Source: Flavobacteriales bacterium (GTDB lineage Bacteria; Bacteroidota; Bacteroidia; Flavobacteriales_F; PHOS-HE28). From it: 64,000 nucleotides of DNA. The notes below the pieces were generated by a model. That model made no database searches. It had not been told where the DNA came from and was given only the letters and a program-made list of their open reading frames with translations. The stretch covers positions 16,800-80,799 of the forward strand of contig JAIOIH010000014.1 of assembly GCA_019912395.1 (NCBI GenBank). Direction: 5' to 3'. A program made the position numbers and the translations under genes. Shown in pieces: positions 32,301 to 42,367 of this stretch. The stretch's first letter is position 1; each line of letters opens with the position of its first letter.

Positions 32301-35300
32301 GTTCGTCCGGCGCAATGTGCCGGACGCGGATTGAAACCGCCATGTCCTCAGACAGCCACCGCCGGTACTCGTTCGTCCGGCGCAATGTGCCGGACGCGGA
32401 TTGAAACCGGGAGGGACAGGCCCACCAACGGCTCGACGACGTTCGTCCGGCGCAATGTGCCGGACGCGGATTGAAACACGCGGCCGTGGATGCCCTGCAT
32501 GAAGCTGCGCAGTTCGTCCGGCGCAATGTGCCGGACGCGGATTGAAACATGGCACGCGACCTGTGGGACCGCGCGCACGGCAAGGTTCGTCCGGCGCAAT
32601 GTGCCGGACGCGGATTGAAACGAGTCGTTGATGCGCTCCATCACCTCCATCACCTGTTCGTCCGGCGCAATGTGCCGGACGCGGATTGAAACTACGACAT
32701 TCCATACCGTACCGTGAGGCCGGGGAAGTTCGTCCGGCGCAATGTGCCGGACGCGGATTGAAACTGGTATACCCTGCCAAATGGTACCGGCGGTTCGCGT
32801 TCGTCCGGCGCAATGTGCCGGACGCGGATTGAAACCCTGTGATGATGCCCTTGACATTTTCAAGCATGGGTTCGTCCGGCGCAATGTGCCGGACGCGGAT
32901 TGAAACGGATTGTGGTTGGCTTTGTACGCAGCCGCGACCGTTCGTCCGGCGCAATGTGCCGGACGCGGATTGAAACTGGAGCCTGCCTATCAATTCTTCC
33001 ACCTCTGCGCGTTCGTCCGGCGCAATGTGCCGGACGCGGATTGAAACTCATTTGCGATCGGCGAAAAGCACGGCCCCACCGAGTTCGTCCGGCGCAATGT
33101 GCCGGACGCGGATTGAAACGTATTGTGGTCTGTTGCGTCATTAACGCCGTATCCGTTCGTCCGGCGCAATGTGCCGGACGCGGATTGAAACCACTCCGTA
33201 CAGATCCATGTACATCCCGGGAAAACGTTCGTCCGGCGCAATGTGCCGGACGCGGATTGAAACACCATGCTTTTGCGCAGATTGTCCTCGCGTTGCATGT
33301 TCGTCCGGCGCAATGTGCCGGACGCGGATTGAAACATGAGCAGGGGATCGAATTGCACATTCGCAACATCGTTCGTCCGGCGCAATGTGCCGGACGCGGA
33401 TTGAAACAACGTCGGTTGGTCGTCGAACGGCACGAAAGCCGTTCGTCCGGCGCAATGTGCCGGACGCGGATTGAAACCTTGTCCACCCTGCAAAAAGAGC
33501 TCTATTGCCGTGGTTCGTCCGGCGCAATGTGCCGGACGCGGATTGAAACATTAGTTGCGCCTCCACCGCCGCCGCCTGGTCGGGTTCGTCCGGCGCAATG
33601 TGCCGGACGCGGATTGAAACATGATCAAACGAACGTCCGCATCGTTCAGGGCGACGGTTCGTCCGGCGCAATGTGCCGGACGCGGATTGAAACATCTGTT
33701 CGCTAATCTCACCGTGCCGAATTATGGTTCGTCCGGCGCAATGTGCCGGACGCGGATTGAAACTGTTGTGCAACGGCCTGAGGATCCAGAACGGAGGTTC
33801 GTCCGGCGCAATGTGCCGGACGCGGATTGAAACGCACTTGCCGTAGTACTTGGCTTGGCCGGTGCGCTCGTTCGTCCGGCGCAATGTGCCGGACGCGGAT
33901 TGAAACCAAAGACAACGCGGCCCGATGTTATCCATCGGGCGTTCGTCCGGCGCAATGTGCCGGACGCGGATTGAAACATGTCCAGGCCCTCCATGTAGCC
34001 GACGGTGTTCGTTCGTCCGGCGCAATGTGCCGGACGCGGATTGAAACCTGTCCGGGCATGGCGGCGAATCGCAAGGATACCGTTCGTCCGGCGCAATGTG
34101 CCGGACGCGGATTGAAACACACGTATGACAATCCGGAGGCCGCACCACTGGGTGTTCGTCCGGCGCAATGTGCCGGACGCGGATTGAAACTCCAAGGCAT
34201 CCACCACGGGCGCGGGTGCCTCCGGTTCGTCCGGCGCAATGTGCCGGACGCGGATTGAAACGGCCCTTCCAGGCGCATCCCTGCGGTCCTGGTCGTTCGT
34301 CCGGCGCAATGTGCCGGACGCGGATTGAAACGGGCATCCGGCCAAGATGCACGGGCGGATAAGGTGTTCGTCCGGCGCAATGTGCCGGACGCGGATTGAA
34401 ACTAATCCTATTTGCCCCTCGTGCCCATAGTCCCGCAGGTTCGTCCGGCGCAATGTGCCGGACGCGGATTGAAACCCCTACGTTGCTGGGCGGCAAACAG
34501 GCGACCGTGGGTTCGTCCGGCGCAATGTGCCGGACGCGGATTGAAACTCGATGTTACAGGGGTTACACAAGTGACCGACCTGTTCGTCCGGCGCAATGTG
34601 CCGGACGCGGATTGAAACACACATGAGCAGGAAAGGACGGTGAACCAATGGCGTTCGTCCGGCGCAATGTGCCGGACGCGGATTGAAACACCTTGCGCCT
34701 TGTTCGCAGCTGCGGCGAGCAGAGTTCGTCCGGCGCAATGTGCCGGACGCGGATTGAAACACGTAGCCGCCCTCGTGCTTCAGCACCATCGGCAGTTCGT
34801 CCGGCGCAATGTGCCGGACGCGGATTGAAACTGAAAGAGGGAGGTGAGGTATACGCGATTAAGTACCGTTCGTCCGGCGCAATGTGCCGGACGCGGATTG
34901 AAACACCGCACTTTCCCATGCTTCCCTTTCCAAATCGTGTTCGTCCGGCGCAATGTGCCGGACGCGGATTGAAACATCTGTTCGCTAATCTCACCGTGCC
35001 GAATTATGGTTCGTCCGGCGCAATGTGCCGGACGCGGATTGAAACAGCAACAAGGTGATCCACGGGCCTGCGGTGATCGTTCGTCCGGCGCAATGTGCCG
35101 GACGCGGATTGAAACAGGAGCTTGGCCTCCTCCAAGATGGCGGAGTCCAGGTTCGTCCGGCGCAATGTGCCGGACGCGGATTGAAACTCCATGAACCATA
35201 CGGCACCGGGGCAGGCCGCAGTTCGTCCGGCGCAATGTGCCGGACGCGGATTTAAACCCCTTGGAAGGTGGCGGAGAGTTATTCACCGGTGTTTGTCCGG

Positions 35301-37096
35301 CGCAATGTGCCGGACGCGGATTGAAACATGCCCAAGCGCGTGCAAGCGCTGCACCTCGTCGTTCGTCCGGCGCAATGTGCCGGACGCGGATTGAAACTCC
35401 ACGAAGCGCTCGCTCATGTCGGTGATCTGCTGTTCGTCCGGCGCAATGTGCCGGACGCGGATTGAAACTACGCATACCCCGCCATCCCATGAGCCAGCTC
35501 GGAGTTCGTCCGGCGCAATGTGCCGGACGCGGATTGAAACGCAGGACCCCTGGCATACATATGCCGGAGGATTGTTCGTCCGGCGCAATGTGCCGGACGC
35601 GGATTGAAACAAATTAGGGAGTCACCACCTCACCGGCAGGAAATGTTCGTCCGGCGCAATGTGCCGGACGCGGATTGAAACCGCGCACCGGCGCGAACAA
35701 TTCGACCTGCGGCAGTGTTCGTCCGGCGCAATGTGCCGGACGCGGATTGAAACGAGGAGGCTTGGAGGGATTGTCCGCGTGGGGATTGTTCGTCCGGCGC
35801 AATGTGCCGGACGCGGATTGAAACACACTCAGAACCGCAGGGCAGCACGTAAGCGGAAGTTCGTCCGGCGCAATGTGCCGGACGCGGATTGAAACTAAAA
35901 CTTCGGCGCGGATCGCTTTCCAGTCCTTGTTCGTCCGGCGCAATGTGCCGGACGCGGATTGAAACAAAGCCACGGCCCCGGCGAAGCGGGCAAGCAAACG
36001 TTCGTCCGGCGCAATGTGCCGGACGCGGATTGAAACGGTGCGCAACGCAGGGGCATCGTGAAGGAAGACCAGTTCGTCCGGCGCAATGTGCCGGACGCGG
36101 ATTGAAACTCGTAGGTCGTCGCTACTTGCTGCCCTGTTCACGTTCGTCCGGCGCAATGTGCCGGACGCGGATTGAAACGGGGTGCCAGGCATTAACGCCA
36201 GCACCTACAAGAGTTCGTCCGGCGCAATGTGCCGGACGCGGATTGAAACTTTGGCCTTGTATTGACAAGGACAAGAAGCACGCGGTTCGTCCGGCGCAAT
36301 GTGCCGGACGCGGATTGAAACGAGTCGTGCAGCGCGATCCTTGCACGCATCGTAGTTCGTCCGGCGCAATGTGCCGGACGCGGATTGAAACTTTTCAACG
36401 TGGCCATGTTCACAAGTTAAAAGCGTTCGTCCGGCGCAATGTGCCGGACGCGGATTGAAACCCGGCACGATCATCGGTGCAACGCCTGACGGATGTTCGT
36501 CCGGCGCAATGTGCCGGACGCGGATTGAAACAATGTCCCCGTCAAGGACACCGACGGCATACCAGTTCGTCCGGCGCAATGTGCCGGACGCGGATTGAAA
36601 CATGCAGTACGCTGGCCTTACGGAGATCACTCCTGGTTCGTCCGGCGCAATGTGCCGGACGCGGATTGAAACAGGATCGCCGAAAGCATGAAGGCCGTCT
36701 TACCAGTTCGTCCGGCGCAATGTGCCGGACGCGGATTGAAACGGAAGAAGTGGAGCAGTATGTGCGCGGCTGCATGGTTCGTCCGGCGCAATGTGCCGGA
36801 CGCGGATTGAAACCACAGAAACGTTGCCATCACTTACGTTTTAGAAGGTTCGTCCGGCGCAATGTGCCGGACGCGGATTGAAACGTGTCATTGTTGCTGT
36901 TCCTTACCTCAAGTCCAGTTCGTCCGGCGCAATGTGCCGGACGCGGATTGAAACAACATCTTGGCCACGGGCAAGCGCAGGAAGGCCGGTTCGTCCGGCG
37001 CAATGTGCCGGACGCGGATTGAAACATGATCGCATCCACGTCCTGCCTGTCCTTGGTGAGTTCGTCCGGCGCAATGTGCCGGACGCGGATTGAAAC
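29374..37096 (+). CRISPR. CRISPR array with ~109 copies of a 37-bp repeat GTTCGTCCGGCGCAATGTGCCGGACGCGGATTGAAAC and ~108 spacers of 33-36 bp
   Basis: Direct reading shows a perfectly periodic repeat with a type I-C-like 3' end (ATTGAAAC) and an internal 7-bp stem (GTCCGGC/GCCGGAC). The copy count is estimated from the array length and unit size (~71 bp). Two adjacent variant repeats occur at ~35221-35327, and the last repeat is intact. Confidence 0.97.
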
Positions 37097-37636
37097 ATTG
37101 GCATCCCACAGGCTTACGCCTTTGTGGTTCCATCCCGCGATCGGGTACCAACACTCCAGCGCTGGCTGTTTGCCCAGTGCCCGGCACTCCATCCGCCTCA
37201 GGCGGTTTCGAACATATCATTCCAAGAGTTCCTCACGATGTAGATCGATCATGGCCGGAGGCCGGAGCTGATGGGACATAGGGCAAACAGTCGTACTCCG
37301 GGATGAGTGCAGAACTGTAGGACCGAGGGTCTAAGAACCAAGTGCCGAGCTCTCCTGAAGGGCCGAACACACCAAGAGGCCTTGAGTGCCGCGTGTGCCG
37401 GAGGTCCAGCTCAGCCACAAGCCTTGAGCCACAAGCCACAAGCTTGACTGAATGCTCCTGCCCCCGGGAAGCCTGATGGCCGAATGCACCAAGAGGCCTG
37501 GAATGCCGCGTGTACCGGAGGTCGCTCATGGCCATAAGCCCTTAGCCTGCCCCCGGGTCGGAGCCCGTGGCCGGAACCACCTCCCGAAAAAATACCTGTT
37601 TGTGGGTATTGCGGGATCCGCAGGCCGCGTGGATTT

Positions 37637-38368
37637 TTGACTTATGGGCACGTGCAATGGACCGTATCCGGCCCGGGAGGCCGGGCCGCTGAACGAACGT
37701 CGGCCATCCGCTTGCCGATGCATCCCGTAGTCCCCATCTCCCTGGTGATCGTGCATGCCAGCGAGGCGATGCGCTTGGGGCTGCGGGTGGGCATGGAGCG
37801 GGAGGGGGTGACGAAGGTGGTACTGGAGCTGGCGGAGCCGGGGAAGCTGGCGGCGGTATGGCCGGATGAGGGCGTGCAGGTGGTGCTGCTTTTTCTGAAC
37901 ACGGCGATCAGCGTGGCCCTGGACGCGGTGCGCTGGGTGCGCAGCCGCTCGCCGGGTACGGCGGTGCTGGTAATGGGTGAGCTGACGCCGGTCATGGCCC
38001 ATCGGGCGGTGGAGGCGCAGGCGAACGGCCTGCTGCATGCCGATGCCCCCTTTGCGGAGATCCTGCGCGGGGTGACCGTGTTGTCCCAAGGCGGCCTGTT
38101 CTTCAACGGCTCCTACCGGGAGCACCTACTGGAGCGGAAGAAGAAAGGGACGGCACGGGACCAGGAGGTGAAGCTCACCGACATGCAGCTGAAGGTGCTG
38201 CGCCAGCTTTGCCGGCCGGAAGGCCTTACCCGGCCACGGATCGCCGAGGAGCTCGGCATCGGGAAGCGCACCGTGGACGACCATATCGAGGCGCTGTTCG
38301 ATAAGTTCAACGTGCGCTCCACGCGGGCGCTGGTGCAACGGGCCATGAAGCGCGGCCTGCACCGTTGA
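37637..38368 (+). CDS. LuxR-family transcriptional regulator (C-terminal LuxR-type HTH and a degenerate N-terminal receiver-like domain)
   Basis: The C-terminus LTDMQLKVLRQLCRPEGLTRPRIAEELGIGKRTVDDHIEALFDKFNVRSTRALV is a LuxR/GerE HTH. The N-terminal region resembles a receiver fold without an obvious phosphoacceptor context. The start may be the internal MHPVVP (~37718). Confidence 0.6.
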   Translation: MTYGHVQWTVSGPGGRAAERTSAIRLPMHPVVPISLVIVHASEAMRLGLRVGMEREGVTKVVLELAEPGKLAAVWPDEGVQVVLLFLNTAISVALDAVRWVRSRSPGTAVLVMGELTPVMAHRAVEAQANGLLHADAPFAEILRGVTVLSQGGLFFNGSYREHLLERKKKGTARDQEVKLTDMQLKVLRQLCRPEGLTRPRIAEELGIGKRTVDDHIEALFDKFNVRSTRALVQRAMKRGLHR

Positions 38369-38449
38369 AAGGGAGGGCCGGGTCCCCGGTCGGGATCCCG
38401 CCAAGGTCCGCGGGATCGGAGGCCGCCGCTTACTCCTTTGCCGCAGGGG

Positions 38450-38830
38450 ATGTATCGATACCTGCACCGGAGGACATGCTACCTGCACGGCAGGTATCGA
38501 TACGTGCACAACAGGACACGATACCTGCACGACAGGTATCGATACGTGCACAACAGGACATGCTACCTGCACGGCAGGTATCGATACGTGCATAACACGA
38601 CACGATACCTGCACGACAGGTATCGATACGTGCATAACACGACACGATACCTGCACGACAGGTATCGATACGTGCACAACAGGACACGATACCTGCACGG
38701 CAGGTATCGATACGTGCACAACAGGACACGATACCTGCACGTCAGGTATCGATACGTGCACCGCAGGACATGATACCTGCACCCCAGGTATCGATACGTG
38801 CATAACAGGACACGATACCTGCACGGCAAG
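38450..38830. repeat. Tandem array of ~9 copies of a 42-bp unit (two related 21-bp half-units), each containing GATACCTG-N5-CAGGTATC and GTATCGATAC palindromes
   Basis: Direct reading shows …acctgcacgNcaggtatcgatacgtgcaNaacaggacacgat… repeated head-to-tail. The overlapping minus-strand ORF 38126..38824 with repetitive translation is an artefact of the repeat. Confidence 0.85.
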
Positions 38831-39083
38831 ACATGATACCGGCCATGCAGTTCACGCTTCCTGACGTGCAGGTCCAGGTTCCGCCACGTTCGGTCGGCAG
38901 ATTTCCGGCCGGCCACAGCCGCTCGCGGAAACCCTTGCCGGTAGCGGGTTTCAGGCGTTCCATCCCCGTGGAAATACGGGGTGCGCTCCCCCGTACATCG
39001 CGCAGGATCCGGGAACCAGCGGGCCGGGACCTTCGCTTAACGGTCCATAACCATTAGCCTGGGCACGGCTACAAAGGCCCAAA

Positions 39084-39719
39084 ATGATGTTGAAGTCCTA
39101 TTACATGGTGTCACTGGGCCTGGCCCGGATCACCGCCGCAGCGTTGCTGGTGAAAGCCCGCAACATGGTGACCAAGTTGACCGGCAACTTGGCCTACCCC
39201 ACCCCTACGCCGGCATTGGTTGATGTGACCGCAGCGTGCGATTCGCTCGAGGTGGCCATCAGCGCCCACCAGTTGAACCCGGGACCGGGGGAGCTGATCG
39301 ATCGCGAGGTTGCGTTCGAGAAGCTGAAGTCCCTGGTAACGGACCTGGGGGGTTATGTACAATCGGCCAGCAATGGCAACCTGGAGCTGATCAAGAGCGC
39401 CGGTTGCGTGGTGCGCCGATCACCCTCTCCTGTAGGTCAGATGCCCAAGCCTCGGGACCTGGTCGCGGAGAACAGCTTGTTGCGCGGTCGCATCGAGGTC
39501 CGCTGGCGCGGGGTGCGCGGTCGCAGCATGTATGAGCTGGAGATCTGCCTGGGCGATCCGAACGTCGAGGCGAACTGGACCGTGCTGGCGCTCACCAGCA
39601 AGAACCGGTACACCGCCGACGACCTGCAGAGCGATGGCGTGTACTTCTTCCGGGTAAAGGCGCTCGGCCCCGCCGGAGCGGGACCGCTGAGCGATTCCGC
39701 CCACGCCAAGGCGGCCTAG
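39084..39719 (+). CDS. Hypothetical protein (possible beta-sandwich/FN3-like C-terminal region)
   Basis: The ORF has high-GC third-position bias and no recognisable motifs from memory. The start is uncertain. Confidence 0.35.
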   Translation: MMLKSYYMVSLGLARITAAALLVKARNMVTKLTGNLAYPTPTPALVDVTAACDSLEVAISAHQLNPGPGELIDREVAFEKLKSLVTDLGGYVQSASNGNLELIKSAGCVVRRSPSPVGQMPKPRDLVAENSLLRGRIEVRWRGVRGRSMYELEICLGDPNVEANWTVLALTSKNRYTADDLQSDGVYFFRVKALGPAGAGPLSDSAHAKAA

Positions 39720-39858
39720 GGCGAACGCCCCGGGATGCGATGCCCGGAACGGACCTGTCCTTCGCTTGATGCCCTGCCCCGCCACCGTCCCGATACCTAT
39801 CGGAAGGTGTGCGGGGACGGGGCATTGAGAGAAGATCAACCAAAAAAAACGAACGCAA

Positions 39859-40311
39859 ATGAAGAACGCAGAACGGAAAACGGAACGGATCGCCCACTTC
39901 AGTACGGATTATGCCCACATGAGCCCGGCCGCACGGGCCCGCCTGGAGGAGGACCTGATGCGGCTCTACTTCACCCCGCACTACCAGTGCATGCCCTTCG
40001 ATCCCACGGAGCTGGTGGCGTTGGTGAAGGAGCAATGCCCGGACCAGCCTGAGCTTGCCGAGGCCTTCGCGCGCTGCACGGAGCAATGGCGCAAGAACAA
40101 CCTCTACACCCACTTCATGGACCCGCAAGCGAAGGACCGCAGCCGCTACGCCTACGGCTTCTTCCTGGAATGCCCCCGCCAAGGCTTGCTGGTGGTGGAC
40201 GTGGCCGAGAGCGGCGCCATCCAAGGGATCGAGCACATGAAGAACGTGATGCGCGGGGAAGAGCACGATATACCACTGCCACCGGCGATGCGGATCGTAC
40301 ACTGGAAGTAG
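39859..40311 (+). CDS. Hypothetical protein (150 aa)
   Basis: ORF with coherent codon usage (MKNAERKTERIAHFSTDYAHMSPAARARLEEDLMRLYFTPHYQC...) and no recognisable family. Confidence 0.4.
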   Translation: MKNAERKTERIAHFSTDYAHMSPAARARLEEDLMRLYFTPHYQCMPFDPTELVALVKEQCPDQPELAEAFARCTEQWRKNNLYTHFMDPQAKDRSRYAYGFFLECPRQGLLVVDVAESGAIQGIEHMKNVMRGEEHDIPLPPAMRIVHWK

Positions 40312-40329
40312 GAGCGGCCGGCACCACAC

Positions 40330-41270
40330 CACATGCATCCTTCTTCAACGCACTGGCCCCCGGGAAACCGGGGGCTTTTGCGTTGGGGACGGGGCTACGG
40401 GTCGCACGGAGCCCCTTCAGCGCACGTCATTGCGAGGGCGTTGGGGCGCACGGCACTCCTTCCGCGCACGCCATTGCGAGGTGTTCGGGGTGCGCGACAG
40501 CGCATATCGAACACCGAAGCAATCCCAGGCGGACCGCACGGATCAGCCAAGATCATGCACACGGCGCTTCGGCAGCCCGCCCCCTTCGTGTTGCGGGCTT
40601 TCCCGCGATGACGTGCGTTGTGGCGCTTTCGGCCTTCGGCGTATTCAGGCTCTTCGGCGCATTTCGGCTCAGGCGGCTTCAGGCCTTTTGGTTTGTTCAG
40701 GCCCTCATCCCGGCGCTCGGGTGTTTCCCGAGTGCTGGCTACTCCATCCGCCCCCGGCGGCCTCTGGCGCTTAGGCCAGGGTGGCCTTCGGCCTTGGCGG
40801 CTTCACGCTGATCGGCCCGTCGGCCCCGTCATTGTAGAGGCTCTTGGCCGGAAATTTCCCACTTCGTGATCGGCTCTGCTTAGAGCGCTGGAAACCGCCG
40901 GAGGCGCACCGGCGTGCCGGTACTCGGCAGACCATTGGGATCACGGGGAAGGCCGAGCGCCGGAATGGGATCGGCTCTGCTTAGAGCGCCGGAAACCGCC
41001 GGAGGCGGACCGGCGTGCCGGTACTCGGCAGACCATTGGGATCACGGGCAAGGCGTGCGCCCGATGAAAAGCAATAACCGGGAGGCGGCCGGAGGCCGAT
41101 CAGAAGCGGGCACATGCCTTCGGTATACGGGCTCGCGAAACACGCGAGCGCAAGTATGAGCGCTACAAGTTCGTTGAGGTTCGTGGCGAAAAAAAGGCAC
41201 CAGCGTGGTCCGATATGCATCGGACGCTTGCGCAAGTATTGGGAATTAGCCCCCGCTAAGCGGTCCAAAC
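40330..41270. repeat. Cluster 2 of mosaic REP/MITE-like repeat family (several modules, some duplicated in tandem)
   Basis: The cluster contains modules shared with 21300-21560, 43930-44380 and 48280-48630. The module ggaaaccgccggaggc(g/a)(g/c)accggcgtgccggtactcggcagaccattgggatcacggg occurs twice (~40895 and ~40985). Another module, cccgatgaaaagcaataaccgggagg(c/a)ggccggaggccgatcagaagcgggcacatgccttcggtat(a/g)cgggctcgcgaaacacgcgagcgc, is also present. Confidence 0.8.
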
Positions 41271-42367
41271 TATGGCGTGGTCTGCCGCACCACCATCACA
41301 TCGGAAACCGTCGTGTAACGAGCGCCCTGCCAGTCGAATTCGATACGCCTTCCGGGTTGAGCGCCGTAGCCATCGAGGTGCTTGTGGATCCTTGATCCCA
41401 TAAGCGGCTTGGCGCGCTTCAGCTTCCACGAATCGAAGTAGTTGCGCTGGTCCACGAGCACAAGGAACAACCGGTTGGATGCATCGAAGCGCCGCTCACC
41501 TTGGTTCTCATAAAGCCAGCGGATCAGTTCTTCCGGGTCCGCTTCGATCCCTTCAACCAGCGAATTGCGATAGGCTCGCAGGTCCGTGATCAGTTGGCGG
41601 CAATCGTCGGCCGGATGGTCCGCGACCTTGTTCCAGAGGTCTTGCAGCAACGCGGCGGCTGGCAAGTCAGTGCTGATGGGGATCGAGTGCGTACGAGCAG
41701 CACGCTTCAATAGCGTTGCTTCCGGGCGAAGCTTTGCGGCCTTTCTCTTGGCGGCGAGATAACCTTCCGGCAGGTAGGTGACCTTGAGGTCGAACGGCAC
41801 ATCCTTCACGAAGAAGTCGATCTTCTTCACGAGGCCTACTGCCGGGAGCACGTTCGGATGATCCTTGAAGATGTCTTCGATGATGATCGATGTCCAATGG
41901 TTGTACCACGAGCAGATCACATAGCCGCGCATGCTCACCAGCAGTTCATTCTCCACCGATCTGCATAGCGATTCATAATCGGTGATGCGCTTGATGTAGT
42001 TGTCCACGATGGTCTTCTCCAGGTTGTTCTGGTACAGCCCACCCCAGTTGAACTCCTGCACGCGATAGAGCTGGTTGAGCAGGTCCGCCTCGTTCGCTTT
42101 CCGCGTGTTCCGGTCCTCCGCATAGATGCGCCGGATGACCGCCTCAACTTCGTCCGGGGAAATGTTCGCCTTGAACGCGGCCTCGAACAACTGCCTTGCT
42201 CCAACATCCGGTCTTGCGCCTTTTGTTTCATCGAACAGCCGTTCAAGGTGTTCCCTCCTGCTCAATGAACGCAGTTTCAAGAACTGTAAGCCACCCGCAT
42301 CAGCAGCCAATTCGTTGAGGCGATTATCGCGGAAGAGCGCATCCGCTTGTGCGAAAGTCAAGGACAT
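41270..42367 (-). CDS. Hypothetical protein translationally coupled to a DNA methyltransferase; putative restriction endonuclease with a possible PD-(D/E)xK-like motif
   Basis: The start ATG (complement at 42365-42367) overlaps the TGA stop of the upstream methyltransferase gene in an ATGA arrangement. The sequence ...KIDFFVKDVPFDLKVTY is compatible with a (P)D...(D/E)xK core. No family could be assigned from memory. Confidence 0.45.
   Translation of the reverse strand: MSLTFAQADALFRDNRLNELAADAGGLQFLKLRSLSRREHLERLFDETKGARPDVGARQLFEAAFKANISPDEVEAVIRRIYAEDRNTRKANEADLLNQLYRVQEFNWGGLYQNNLEKTIVDNYIKRITDYESLCRSVENELLVSMRGYVICSWYNHWTSIIIEDIFKDHPNVLPAVGLVKKIDFFVKDVPFDLKVTYLPEGYLAAKRKAAKLRPEATLLKRAARTHSIPISTDLPAAALLQDLWNKVADHPADDCRQLITDLRAYRNSLVEGIEADPEELIRWLYENQGERRFDASNRLFLVLVDQRNYFDSWKLKRAKPLMGSRIHKHLDGYGAQPGRRIEFDWQGARYTTVSDVMVVRQTTP

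Noticed and set aside
29558-37220. Dozens of 60-360-aa ORFs on both strands inside the CRISPR array (translations full of SIRVRHIAPDE, FQSASGTLRRTN and RPAQCAGRGLK)
   Set aside because: They are translations of the 37-bp repeat in different frames and strands, not genes.
38126-38824. 232-aa minus-strand ORF with the repeating peptide VQVSCPVVHVSIP
   Set aside because: It is generated by the 42-bp tandem DNA repeat, and the periodic translation has no start context.
38450-38830. Possibility that the 42-bp tandem array is a second CRISPR array
   Set aside because: The intervening segments are not unique spacers. The whole unit repeats with only point variants, so it is a tandem repeat.
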